Below, piece after piece: positions 38,390 to 48,743 of a stretch of 64,000 nucleotides of DNA. A program made the translations under genes and the position numbers. Under the pieces are notes generated by a model, which did not search any database, was not told where the DNA came from, and worked only from the letters and a program-made list of their open reading frames with translations. Source of the stretch: Promethearchaeota archaeon Loki_b32 (lineage in GTDB: Archaea; Asgardarchaeota; Lokiarchaeia; Sigyniarchaeales; SOKP01). The number at the start of each line of letters is the position of its first letter. Within the stretch, counting starts at the first letter, position 1. The DNA is taken from assembly GCA_005223125.1 (NCBI GenBank), contig NJBH01000002.1, forward strand, positions 171,950 through 235,949, written 5' to 3'.

Positions 38390-38878
38390 TTGGCAAAATA
38401 TCATATGAGACGGATTGAAAAAGAAATCTCAAATAGAGAAGAATTGATAGGAATCCTAAAAAGTGGAAAATATACTATTATTTCCCTATGCAAAGAGAAT
38501 GAACCATATATTATCACCCTAAGTTATGGATACGATGAGTCTAAACATGCTTTGTATTTCCACTGTGCTAAAGAAGGGCAAAAAATAGATTTTATAAAAG
38601 CTAATCCCCATATATGTGGAACTGTTATAGAAGACAATGGTTATGAGGATGGTTGTGGTCAAGCATTTCGCTCAATTGTATTTAGGGGAAAAATGGTAAT
38701 TGTTGAAGCTTTAGATGAAAAAAAGAAAGGATTAGATATTTTAATAAATCACTTGGAAAAAGATCCTAATCCTATTAAGAATAAATTCTTAAAGAAAGAA
38801 AATACCTATGAAAACTTAGGGATGTTGAGATTAGATATAACTGATATTTCTGGTAAAGAGGAAAAAGCAGAATCTTAA
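38390..38878 (+). CDS. Pyridoxamine 5'-phosphate oxidase-like (NimA-type) FMN-binding protein
   Basis: MRRIEKEI, PYIITLSYG, LYFHCAKEGQKI, FRSIV, ISGK. Confidence 0.9.
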   Translation: MAKYHMRRIEKEISNREELIGILKSGKYTIISLCKENEPYIITLSYGYDESKHALYFHCAKEGQKIDFIKANPHICGTVIEDNGYEDGCGQAFRSIVFRGKMVIVEALDEKKKGLDILINHLEKDPNPIKNKFLKKENTYENLGMLRLDITDISGKEEKAES

Positions 38879-38931
38879 CATTTTACATCATATAATATTA
38901 TAATTTTCTTTAAACTTGTTTTTAATTTTCA

Positions 38932-39720
38932 TTATTGAGTTTTAACACTCTTAAAAACGATTTGCCAATGAAATTGCCTTAAAAAATTGATTTTATATAA
39001 GGGTTTTTCAATAAAATTAAGAAATTTGTAAGCAACTCTAAAAATATTAGGATTTTTCATAAAGCTCTGAATAACTCTTGCAAAAGGAGATAAAATGAAA
39101 AATTCACTATGTTCCATATTTCCAAAAATTTTTTGTGCGATCATTACATCTTTTATGAATAATGGATGTTCATGTTTTGTTCTTTTTTTTGGAGCAAAAA
39201 TTTTCCTATTTAATTCAACGATAGGATTTTTCTTTAACGGCTCTATAAAGGTAATAAACCCTTTTTTTCTAAGCAAACGTTTACATTCTCGAGTAAATAA
39301 TTCGATATCTGGTAAATGATGAATAATTCTAGATCCAACAATTATATCAAATACGTTGTCTTCGAAATCTGGAACTTGTGCATTCATAACCATAAAATTC
39401 ACTTTAAGATTTAAATCATTCCCCCTAGTTTTACATAAATCGATATGATTATTTGAAAGATCGATACCTATTACATTGGCACCTTGTTGAGCCAAATATA
39501 GGGAGAGATCACCTCTTCCACATCCGACATCTAGGATTTTCTTGCCTTTAACATTTCCTATCATTTTTTTAAATTTTACATTTACTAATCTGAAAAAACT
39601 CTGTTCCTCCAAGTTAATGATTTTACCCGGAAGGGGTTTCATTTTACTATAATACTTTTTTTCATTTTTGAAAATGTGATTGTATTTAGAAAGGATTCTA
39701 TCTCTCTCTTTATTATTCAT
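38932..39720 (-). CDS. Class I SAM-dependent methyltransferase
   Basis: ILDVGCGRG, GIDLS, FDII..IIHHL, RLL..GG-like motif. Confidence 0.9.
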   Translation of the reverse strand: MNNKERDRILSKYNHIFKNEKKYYSKMKPLPGKIINLEEQSFFRLVNVKFKKMIGNVKGKKILDVGCGRGDLSLYLAQQGANVIGIDLSNNHIDLCKTRGNDLNLKVNFMVMNAQVPDFEDNVFDIIVGSRIIHHLPDIELFTRECKRLLRKKGFITFIEPLKKNPIVELNRKIFAPKKRTKHEHPLFIKDVMIAQKIFGNMEHSEFFILSPFARVIQSFMKNPNIFRVAYKFLNFIEKPLYKINFLRQFHWQIVFKSVKTQ

Positions 39721-39916
39721 AAATATCGGATCTATTAGTATTTTTTAATTCTTATAATTAATTGTGAGTTTTTTATCTTACTATCCTATTTATTATGTTG
39801 AAAAGGCAATATTTAATTCCTTGAAATAAATATATTGAAATTGAAGCTGATGAACGTGCTTTGGAAATTGACTTTAATTTGAATAAGTAAAATTTATTGA
39901 ATAAAAAATCTCTATT

Positions 39917-40564
39917 TTATTCTATATATTTGTTGATATACCTCTGAACATTGCTTTTTGGTTGATAAATTCCAAAATGGCCCTCACATAAAATATCTGC
40001 ATTCAAATTTAAGAGTTTTCGTAAAGACCTTTGATAATCTTCAAAATTACTAACACCGGGGATAATGGGACCATGCAAATCCTGTCCAAATAGAATTTTT
40101 TTTTCTTCAATCTCCATTAGAATTGAGATTGATCCTGGGGTATGACCCGGAGTATGTAAACATTGAAACTCATAAATTCCAAAGTTCAATAATTCAAGAG
40201 TTCCTTTCAATTTTCTTTCAAGCTTAACTGGTTTATACTCAACACCATACCATAAAGCTGCAGTTTCTTTATCATGTCCTTTCTCTTCTATTGCATTTGC
40301 ATCTAATTCATGAGCGTAAAACTTTACTTTTTTATTAAAATCTTTAAGATCTGAACAAGCAGCTATGTGATCGATATGAAAATGTGTTATAATACAATGC
40401 TTGATATCCATCGGGTTCAATCCAATTTTACTTATTTTTTTTATCAAATTTAAACTCATTCCACAATCAATTAAAACAAGTCCATCTTCACTATGAGTAT
40501 TTACTAAAAATACAGAACATCCAGAATCACCTACATGATATATATCCTTGAATATTTCCTTCAT
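39917..40564 (-). CDS. MBL-fold metallo-hydrolase (glyoxalase II-like)
   Basis: LIDCG, THFHIDH, TPGHTPGS, GQD, CEGH. Confidence 0.9.
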   Translation of the reverse strand: MKEIFKDIYHVGDSGCSVFLVNTHSEDGLVLIDCGMSLNLIKKISKIGLNPMDIKHCIITHFHIDHIAACSDLKDFNKKVKFYAHELDANAIEEKGHDKETAALWYGVEYKPVKLERKLKGTLELLNFGIYEFQCLHTPGHTPGSISILMEIEEKKILFGQDLHGPIIPGVSNFEDYQRSLRKLLNLNADILCEGHFGIYQPKSNVQRYINKYIE

Positions 40565-40630
40565 TGGTATTGTTCCTCAAAATTATTCATTTAAATGAAA
40601 AAACGAAAAATATGATAATTAATATAAACT

Positions 40631-41434
40631 TTATTTTTTATTTAGATAATACTTTCTATATAGAAGGATTGTTATTACAGCAGCAAACCCAGTTGAAAAT
40701 AGGACATCAGAAGCATAATGAGCTCCAACAACAATGCGAGACAATGCTACAAATAGACCCCATCCAAGTATTAAAATAGAGCTTAGTATCTTAACAGCAT
40801 CCGTATTCTTTCGATCTTTTACTATAATCAATAAAGGCAAAAACATCCATCCCATTGCGGTATGACCGCTAGGAAAGCTTTGGTTACCAGTGATCCCCTG
40901 TGGTAAAAACCAAGGAGTATAATCTACGAAACCAAGACTAAGATCTCTAAACCGAACTCTTCCCCATAAAAGTTTAATTATTTGTACAAGTACTAACGGG
41001 TTGATAATTGCTAACAGCGAAATTATTCCTGCTAAAGTTCTATAGTTCTTCCAATCCTTATTCCACGTAATAATTACATAAAATATCAATGGAATAATTA
41101 AACACCATCCGGTATATAAATTGGTCTCATCACCTGCAAATATGATAAATAGGACTCCAACAATTACGGATATATAGGCAGGGATTTTTTGTAAATTTAA
41201 ATTATTATTAAAACTTCCTAAGAAAGTTGATAACGCTATTGCTATTAATGCATAACCAGGAACTTCACCATAATCTCTTCCGAAGATACCCCATTCTGAG
41301 CTATCATCCACAACAGCTTTTGATATCTCTAAATCTGTAAAACCAAAAACTAATGCTAATATAACCCATACTATGACTATAATTAATAATAATTTCTCCG
41401 TAAATGATTCTTTCAAATTTTCAAGCATTCTCAT
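40631..41434 (-). CDS. PAP2 family membrane phosphatase
   Basis: KLLWGRVR, SFPSGH, SRIVVGAHYASDV. Confidence 0.92.
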   Translation of the reverse strand: MRMLENLKESFTEKLLLIIVIVWVILALVFGFTDLEISKAVVDDSSEWGIFGRDYGEVPGYALIAIALSTFLGSFNNNLNLQKIPAYISVIVGVLFIIFAGDETNLYTGWCLIIPLIFYVIITWNKDWKNYRTLAGIISLLAIINPLVLVQIIKLLWGRVRFRDLSLGFVDYTPWFLPQGITGNQSFPSGHTAMGWMFLPLLIIVKDRKNTDAVKILSSILILGWGLFVALSRIVVGAHYASDVLFSTGFAAVITILLYRKYYLNKK

Positions 41435-41508
41435 ACCTTTTTAGAGTTATTTGAATCAAAATTATTAAAAAGAGAACTTTTTAATAATGATCCTAATTAG
41501 TTCTTTTT

Positions 41509-42138
41509 TTATTTAAAATATTCCATTATAAAGTCAAATAGTATGTCTGGATAATTTGTGTAAATTGCTTTTACTCGTTGATTATGATAGTTTAATTCTA
41601 TAACTTTCTTCATACCCATTTTTGTATTAACTCCCCAAACGTAACAATTAAAGCCATTATCGATTATTATTTTAAATAAATCTTCAATATTTCTTGAAAA
41701 TTTTAAGTTTATTATTTTGACATCTAATTCCTTTAATTTTTTAAAATTTTGAGTTTCATTTTTGATTATATTAATATTTCCTGTTAAAGTGTATATAAAC
41801 TTAACTTTCTTGTTTTCATTCCTTAGTTGAGACAAAACTTTTAATCTACTGTCTGTAATTTCTATTTTATTTAGGAGAGAGAATTCTTTTGCGGTAATTA
41901 AAAGTTTCACGCCTACTTCTTTATTTGCAATATCAAAGCTAAACCTTACCTCATTTGAGCTATTCCTAAATGCTTGAAAGACCTCGTCAACCAACGGAAT
42001 TTTTCTTCCATCTTTAAACTTGATTTTCTCAATCTCTTCGAAAGTTAATCTTCTTACAGAGATATATTTCTCGCCTATTTTGAATCCTCCATCGTGAAAA
42101 CAAATTAACTTTTTGTCTTTAGTTGCTCGAATATCTGT
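41509..42138 (-). pseudogene. Glycerophosphodiester phosphodiesterase, C-terminal part lacking the N-terminal HRG motif
   Basis: Frame reads TDIRATKDKKLICFHD..IPLVDEVF..YVWGVN..IYTNYPD; an in-frame TAG lies just upstream; the N-terminus is at 49589-49891. Confidence 0.85.
41963..42138 (+). repeat. Left direct repeat of island (176 bp, internal to GDPD gene)
   Basis: Aligns without gaps to 49614-49789; 12 mismatches by manual count, first 54 bp identical. Confidence 0.95.
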
Positions 42139-42141
42139 GTA

Positions 42142-42387
42142 TTGAAGAAATATTTTAAAAATCTAATTGATTTTTCTCAACTCGATAAAAAAACAATTCT
42201 CTATATTATAATCTTTATTACTTTAGTTGTATTTTCCGTTTTCTTGCTTTATTATAATTATTTTGTTGATAGAACGTTTATCTATGTAATTGTTGCAAAT
42301 TGGTTTGTAAATCCGATTTATGAATTACAAATCATTGGAATATTTCTTTTTATAGGAATCATGACAATTCAAGTTCTATTCAAGTGA
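42142..42387 (+). pseudogene. Truncated, diverged copy of the VTT/DedA gene at 49991-50842
   Basis: KKYFKNL..FVNP..GIFLFI.IM.IQ; about 44/76 identical residues by manual alignment; stops where the intact gene continues. Confidence 0.85.
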
Positions 42388-42450
42388 GAGGTTGGTGTTT
42401 TGGATCGGTTCTATAATGCTATTTTAATTTATTTGTCCTTATTATTATTC

Positions 42451-42942
42451 TCAAGGATTAAGATGTCCAAAACTGAGGATTAAGAAAATAATGAAAGGAA
42501 TCATACTAAGAACTGTTATAGTTTGAGTTATTCTTAATAAACAAAAATATCTCTTCTGATAAATTAATAAATTATTATATTGCTGTTTATCATCTTCAAT
42601 TAATTTTTTATCATCAAGATCAAATCTAAACTTCTTTGATTTTCTTGTAATATTTTCCCGATAATGCCAATTGGTTCTTTTTATTTGTTCTGTTTTTTTT
42701 GAAAATGCCCCGATACTTATAATTAAATTAAAAATGACTAAAATCATCAAAATGATTATGCCTAATCCGATTAAAGATTGACCTTCTCTATTCAGAAAAG
42801 TAGCAAAATAAGAAACTGCCACACTGATAAACCCAGAAAATATTAAATGAAATTCTAAATATTTTAATCTTGTTTCTTCATATACACGAGTAATTTTGTG
42901 CCCATATTCTATGAAATTTTTAAGTCTTTCTTCCTCTTCCAT
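42451..42942 (-). CDS. Three-TM membrane protein (Pycsar-effector/DUF5706-like layout, tentative)
   Basis: Two TM helices, soluble loop (NWHYRENI), basic helix, third TM. Confidence 0.5.
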   Translation of the reverse strand: MEEEERLKNFIEYGHKITRVYEETRLKYLEFHLIFSGFISVAVSYFATFLNREGQSLIGLGIIILMILVIFNLIISIGAFSKKTEQIKRTNWHYRENITRKSKKFRFDLDDKKLIEDDKQQYNNLLIYQKRYFCLLRITQTITVLSMIPFIIFLILSFGHLNP

Positions 42943-43393
42943 AAAGCTAGTTAGTTTGTTGATTTAAAAAGACTAATTATTAATATTTAGATAAAAATAT
43001 ATTGAAGAAGAATAAATACTAAAAATCATAGAGAATTTATCGAGCCCAGAGAACATGGTTTCTAAAATAAGAGGAAATATATATGAGAGTATTTTTATCG
43101 ATACCCAAAAATACCCGTTTTCAATAAATATAGCTTTTTTGATATGAAGAGACCATTTTAGCAAGATTGGAAAAAGACTCAATTATTTTTATCGATTGGA
43201 GCACTCTTTCTGCTATTAATAGAATCCACTTAAGATTTTTTTGTTTTCATGATAATTGAATTTTAATTTTTGTGATATTTCATTCGCTCTATGGATGATT
43301 ACTAGAGGATGGAGGAGGGAGGTTATAGAATCCCCACACTAAGAAAGAAGATAAGATAATTCAAAATAACAAATAATTCTTTTTTAGGGAGTA

Positions 43394-44452
43394 TTAAAGA
43401 TTCAATAAAATGTTTAATATTGATTGAAAGTCTGTATAAACATTTTTAATCGATTTTTTATCTAAAGGACTTCTTTCTTTTACCAATTTTGAAATATGAA
43501 TGTAATTTCTATAATCCTTTAAGACACTTTGAATTCTTTTCCAAGTTGCTCTGTGTTGTTGATTATAAATATCATTGGAACTTAATTGTGGATTCTGAAG
43601 AACTATTCTTAATTTTTCACTGAAATTTTCAATTAAATTCCCCTTCTTAAAAAACTCTTGTAGGTTATTAACTTCTACATAGTAATCAATGCAATATTCA
43701 ATGATTGCCCCCATATTGATTGCGACATCAACCCAACGGTTTTGAATAATCCAAGAACTTAAATCATCATACAATTGTATAACACGATTTCTTCCGTCTT
43801 TATTTTCAATCTTATGAAATTTCTCAAAGAAAAAAACTTCAGTCAAAAACTTATAACCGTTTCCATTTAAGCAAAATGAGTTTGGATTATGGAAAGATAA
43901 ACTTTTATTACCTAAACCAATTCCATTTATCCCCATAATATGTTTGTTGACAAAATCAGATGTAAAGTATAACTTACTCCATTTTAAATTGTCTAATTCA
44001 TAATTATAGTCATTTTTTATTATATCATTTATATCGGAAAATGGAATTTCCACTTTCATGACTCTTGTATTACTACTATCAACAATGTATTTACTTAAAT
44101 CATACTTAGAATTACCTAAGTCTCTTAAAAATCTTAGTAATTTGGATACTAAAAGAGTATACTCCCTCTTTTCACTAGGAATAATATAGGTTTTCTCATA
44201 ATAAACGAGTCCTTCTCCAGTTATCTGTAAAAATGGAGGATTTCCAAAAACCACATCTTTCCCCTCAAGAAAATTATCTTGACATAATAATTCTATAGCT
44301 ATATTAAAATTTGAATTATCCTGAATATTAATAAAGACGTTATCCACATCAATGTTATTTATCCTATTAGGCGGTTTGTTAATAAATCCCTTGTAAAGTG
44401 TTTCTAATATGAGTTTTTGATAAAATTCAACAGTATCATTTATATGCTCCAT
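43394..44452 (-). CDS. Hypothetical protein with C-terminal HEPN-like domain
   Basis: AINMGAIIE..LKDYRNYIH; N-terminal winged-helix-like segment (LQITGEGLVYYE). Confidence 0.65.
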   Translation of the reverse strand: MEHINDTVEFYQKLILETLYKGFINKPPNRINNIDVDNVFINIQDNSNFNIAIELLCQDNFLEGKDVVFGNPPFLQITGEGLVYYEKTYIIPSEKREYTLLVSKLLRFLRDLGNSKYDLSKYIVDSSNTRVMKVEIPFSDINDIIKNDYNYELDNLKWSKLYFTSDFVNKHIMGINGIGLGNKSLSFHNPNSFCLNGNGYKFLTEVFFFEKFHKIENKDGRNRVIQLYDDLSSWIIQNRWVDVAINMGAIIEYCIDYYVEVNNLQEFFKKGNLIENFSEKLRIVLQNPQLSSNDIYNQQHRATWKRIQSVLKDYRNYIHISKLVKERSPLDKKSIKNVYTDFQSILNILLNL

Positions 44453-44481
44453 ATTTACTATTATAGTCTTTAAATAATGAC

Positions 44482-44542
44482 TCTTTATTTTTACAATAAT
44501 GTGTATGTTATTATAAACTGCATTATTAATAAGCGAATAGAG
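44482..44542. repeat. 61-bp upstream element, copy 1
   Basis: 53/61 identical to 49196-49256; both lie just 5' of minus-strand island genes. Confidence 0.8.
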
Positions 44543-44627
44543 ATTAGTGGTTTGTTATTTATAAAGTTGGTTGGAGCAAAAATAGGATTGACAAAAATAT
44601 AAAAGAATAATAATAATTTTATTATTT

Positions 44628-44894
44628 ATGGGTAAAAAAAATAAAAAGACAAAAGAAAATATCTCAAATCTCCCCTCTAAAGATGGAAACTATAATCTCT
44701 TTAATAGAAAAGAAGAGATTGTCTATACTGGGCAAGGAAATATAAAGGATAGAATCTCTGCTCATTCTAATGATCCAGATATGCCATTCACATCATATTC
44801 ATACAATCTTGAACCTTCTGCTAGAAAACGGAATGAGATTGAAGAAAAGAGAATAAAACGTTATAAACCGCCTCTGAATAAACAAAAAAAATGA
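44628..44894 (+). CDS. Stand-alone GIY-YIG nuclease
   Basis: GNYNLF..IVYTGQG.IKDRISAH..E..I..YKPPLN. Confidence 0.8.
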   Translation: MGKKNKKTKENISNLPSKDGNYNLFNRKEEIVYTGQGNIKDRISAHSNDPDMPFTSYSYNLEPSARKRNEIEEKRIKRYKPPLNKQKK

Positions 44895-45016
44895 TTTTAA
44901 TAGATCTTAGTGTAAGAAAATAAAAATTCCCTATACCATTTCGCTCTCTATTTATTTAAATATTTAAATTCTTTTTTATTTACTATAATGTTAACATTTT
45001 TTGGGTGAATTGAACA

Positions 45017-45925
45017 ATGCCAAATGCAAAATTTCTTGAGGAATATCAACTTTATAGAAAATTTGATTTTCCGATAAAAAGAGATACAAAGCTTTTACCT
45101 ATTAGCCTTAATGAATTTCCAAAAGTTAATTTAAATATGTATTGCCCAAATTGTAATAACATCCGAACTTTTAAATTTAATTATAAATACATTCATAAAA
45201 AAGAAAAAAATTTATTTATTAAAAACATAGATAATCATTTTCAGATAAAGTTCGACTTTTCAAAGACACAAAGACCTTCTTTTCCAGTTTTAGAAGAAAA
45301 TGATATTGTTAATCTAAATTATATTTGTGCATCTTGTGAAGATTACTATCGGTTTTTTGCTATAAAAATGGGGAAGGGATTGAAAACTATTGAAAAAGTT
45401 GGACAATTCCCAGCATGGGATATAAGTATTGAAAAGAATCTAAAAAAGATATTAAAGGGCTATTCTGAATATTATAAAAAAGGTAAAACCTGTGAATCTC
45501 AAAGTTATGGAATAGGTGCTTTTGCTTATTATAGGAGAATTATCGAAGATATTATCGGAGAATTATTAGAATTAATTCCAGATTTAATGAATGGGGAAGA
45601 ATTAGAGAAATATCGAGTAGCATTAGAGGAAGTAAGAAAAACTAATAATACTACAAATAAAATCGCACTTGTAAAGGATTTATTACCGCCGATATTAAAA
45701 CCAGAACAGTTTAATCCTTTAAAAACGATACACGATGTTTTGAGTACTGGTATACACGGAAAAACAGATGAACAATGTTTAGAAGATGCAGAATCAATTA
45801 GAACATCATTAATATTTCTTGTAGATGCTATTTTGAGTCGAAAGAAGGGGCAACAAGAATATACGGAAAGCATGAAGAAAATTCTAGAGAAGCGAAGGAA
45901 GAAAATAAATAAAAATGAAAACTAA
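45017..45925 (+). CDS. Zinc-ribbon plus DUF4145/HEPN-like domain protein
   Basis: YCPNC, ICASC, EKVGQFP, GIGAFAYYRRIIE, LSTGIH. Confidence 0.65.
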   Translation: MPNAKFLEEYQLYRKFDFPIKRDTKLLPISLNEFPKVNLNMYCPNCNNIRTFKFNYKYIHKKEKNLFIKNIDNHFQIKFDFSKTQRPSFPVLEENDIVNLNYICASCEDYYRFFAIKMGKGLKTIEKVGQFPAWDISIEKNLKKILKGYSEYYKKGKTCESQSYGIGAFAYYRRIIEDIIGELLELIPDLMNGEELEKYRVALEEVRKTNNTTNKIALVKDLLPPILKPEQFNPLKTIHDVLSTGIHGKTDEQCLEDAESIRTSLIFLVDAILSRKKGQQEYTESMKKILEKRRKKINKNEN

Positions 45926-46047
45926 AAATATAATATAATAGTTGAAAAGGCGAAATCGAAAAGAAAAGATTAAGAACTTATGGATAAAGATGAATTTGAA
46001 AAGAAAAAATTCAGATAAAATAAAAAATCACACATGAAATAATAATA

Positions 46048-47130
46048 ATGAAAGAAATAATTCATTACGACAAGCGAAATGCTCTTAATTTACTGAATAG
46101 GCTTCTTAGAATATATCCTTTCTCGATTCAAACAACTGAAAGAAGTTATAATTCTTATCGTTATCATTCTGAAAATCCTAATAATATGGCAAACTATTTC
46201 TGGTTTGATCATATTTTCAATGAATTAGATAAAAATGGATTTAATATAGGATTAGCTCCTCATACACAATATGATATTGAAATTTACAATAAATTAATGG
46301 AAAGTATTATAATAAGAATAAAAATTTCTTTAAATAACATAAATAAAAAACCGAAAGAAGAAGGTTATATTCTGAATTATGATTTCATATTTTTAAGAGT
46401 TCTTTTCAAATGTCTTTATGATTATCTTCATAATCTAAGAACATGGTTGAGAAATGAATATTTTGGGAAAACATACATACATATTCCATTTATTTATATT
46501 GCCATAAACGACTTTTCTGATGATTTTATTGAAAATAACCTCTCGACTCAAGAAGAATACTGTGAACTAGTAAACAGAATTTTAAGCTATTTTGGTTTCG
46601 ATTTTATCTCTTTGGGGGCGGATGGAATTCTAAGATATTTTGGAACAACACCTGAAGCGGAAGAAAAGAAAAAAGCGATTGCTTTATTACATAAAAAGCA
46701 ATTCAAAAATGTTATTGAATATTTAGATACTTTTTATGATCATATTTATAAGAGAGATTATAATAATGCTCTAGCAGAAAGCAGAAATGTCTTAGAAAGT
46801 TTCTATAAAACATTGTTATTAAAACATAATATAACCGAAATTGAGAAACGGGGGAAATCTATAGGAACTGAAGATGGGGAGGTTAATCCCCTCGCAGAAA
46901 CCATTAGAAAAAATGTTGATTCTATCTTTGAATTTCCAGAATATAGTAAAAATATGGATAAGTCTGTGAAATCATTAATAGAATCGAGCAAAACTTTTAT
47001 AAGTGGAATGGCAAATCCTGCAGGTTCACACGGTCAAGTGAAAAAGCCCAAAGTTAAATTTAAAGAAGTAAAAGCGGTAGAAAGTTTTTTAACATTATTA
47101 TTTAATTGCTTATTACCATTTGAGAGATAA
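46048..47130 (+). CDS. Hypothetical protein with abortive-infection (Abi_C/HEPN-like) C-terminal domain
   Basis: DYNNALAESRNVLESFYKTLL..MANPAGSHG. Confidence 0.55.
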   Translation: MKEIIHYDKRNALNLLNRLLRIYPFSIQTTERSYNSYRYHSENPNNMANYFWFDHIFNELDKNGFNIGLAPHTQYDIEIYNKLMESIIIRIKISLNNINKKPKEEGYILNYDFIFLRVLFKCLYDYLHNLRTWLRNEYFGKTYIHIPFIYIAINDFSDDFIENNLSTQEEYCELVNRILSYFGFDFISLGADGILRYFGTTPEAEEKKKAIALLHKKQFKNVIEYLDTFYDHIYKRDYNNALAESRNVLESFYKTLLLKHNITEIEKRGKSIGTEDGEVNPLAETIRKNVDSIFEFPEYSKNMDKSVKSLIESSKTFISGMANPAGSHGQVKKPKVKFKEVKAVESFLTLLFNCLLPFER

Positions 47131-47225
47131 TTCTGTTAATTTTTAAAAAGAATATAAAAAAAAACTCCAATAAAAATTACATGTTCTTAGAATTGAAAGA
47201 AGTTCTTAAAAGAACATTTTAATTT

Positions 47226-47966
47226 CTATTTAAAGTTTCTAATAATCCTATTAAAAACGCCTTTGGTTGAAATATACCAATCATAATCAATTTCTTCTTC
47301 TTTAATTTCTTTGGAAATATGGATATAATTACGAAATTGTCTCAAGTTATTTTGAATTAAATACCAACTATTTTTTTGCCCCAAGATATCATATTTAATT
47401 GCTGATTGAATATAATTACAGAAATGTTTCTTACCTGCTGGAATAATACTTCCATCTGGAGAGGTGTATGGTTCAGGTTCAATATTATTTTTGTTACAAT
47501 ATCTAACTAATAAGAATTCAATTATAGAGCCCATTGCAATCATACAATATTTATAATCGTAAATTTTTTTGAATATATATAAAGATTTTAAATTACTCTT
47601 CAAAATTTTTTTTTCATTCTCATTTTCAAAAAGATTCATACTAGATAAATTTTCAATAATTTCTTTTATACTTGAATCTTTACGAACAATTTTCCTATTG
47701 TTATCTTTATTCAATATTTTAAAGACAATTATGGGTATTAAGGAAAATATAAATATAGTGATTAAAATTAAAACAAATTCACTGGCAACATAAATATTAA
47801 ATATTGGTGTAAAAAAGATTGATGACAAAAGGAAACTAAAAATAAATAGAATACTAAATAAAAAAAGTAGTGTAGAAATTATAAATATGGGCAAAACATA
47901 ATTATATTGATATAATCCTTTTAACAATTCTTTAAAAGATTTTTTCTTATCATTCAATTCTATCAT
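47226..47966 (-). CDS. Two-TM protein with C-terminal HEPN-like domain
   Basis: Two N-terminal TM helices; IAMGSIIEFLL..LRQFRNYIHISK. Confidence 0.65.
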   Translation of the reverse strand: MIELNDKKKSFKELLKGLYQYNYVLPIFIISTLLFLFSILFIFSFLLSSIFFTPIFNIYVASEFVLILITIFIFSLIPIIVFKILNKDNNRKIVRKDSSIKEIIENLSSMNLFENENEKKILKSNLKSLYIFKKIYDYKYCMIAMGSIIEFLLVRYCNKNNIEPEPYTSPDGSIIPAGKKHFCNYIQSAIKYDILGQKNSWYLIQNNLRQFRNYIHISKEIKEEEIDYDWYISTKGVFNRIIRNFK

Positions 47967-47986
47967 TTTTTTATTGAACCTTTAAT

Positions 47987-48349
47987 TCAAACTCTCAATC
48001 CGCCTAAATGTTTTGTTCTAATATAAAGCCCACGTCTTGAACTATCTTTTTCATTACTTACGTGCCACAGACCATCATAATCAACTCTATATTCTGCAAA
48101 ACAATTTTGACATTTCACATCAACATAATTTATTTTATCATGAAATAATATAGCCCCCCCACATTCAGTACAAATTATCTTCTCTTTTAATAAAAGTAAT
48201 CTATAACTTTCAATATGTTTTAAAATCCCGATGTTAATCATTCTATTAATTACATCTAGAGTTGAATCTTTTGACCTACTCATATCAAAAACTTCAAATG
48301 AGGCTCTGGAAGGTTTATAGAATTGGATTTTTGGATCAAAATATCTCAT
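47987..48349 (-). CDS. Zinc-ribbon hypothetical protein
   Basis: ICTECG..KCQNC. Confidence 0.55.
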   Translation of the reverse strand: MRYFDPKIQFYKPSRASFEVFDMSRSKDSTLDVINRMINIGILKHIESYRLLLLKEKIICTECGGAILFHDKINYVDVKCQNCFAEYRVDYDGLWHVSNEKDSSRRGLYIRTKHLGGLRV

Positions 48350-48370
48350 AAGTTCTATTGAATCTACAAT

Positions 48371-48658
48371 TTATATTTCTTTCTCTATCAATATCGTTTT
48401 AAATGTATTCGTCATCTGATCAACTTTTTTATTGTATTTATTAATCTCTAGCCAAAAACCGCCTTTCTCATAAACTTTTTTTAATATTTTTTCAAGTCCA
48501 TTATAGAGAATTAAAACTCCTAATGTTGATAGAATTGTATATAAGATAATGATTGGATTAAATGATTCTGTTAGGATGCTAAACATCCAAGCAAAAAAAC
48601 CAGATAAGAAACCGCTAATTGTCCATTTAATTATATCATTTTTTTCTATGTTTGCCAT
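48371..48658 (-). CDS. Small two-TM membrane protein
   Basis: Two hydrophobic helices; AAGGTT upstream of ATG. Confidence 0.55.
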   Translation of the reverse strand: MANIEKNDIIKWTISGFLSGFFAWMFSILTESFNPIIILYTILSTLGVLILYNGLEKILKKVYEKGGFWLEINKYNKKVDQMTNTFKTILIEKEI

Positions 48659-48743
48659 TTAAACCTTTCCTATGGTTATTTTTCTATTTATATAATCATT
48701 TCAAACGGGATTTAGTAAAAAAAATTTATATATCTCTAAATGT

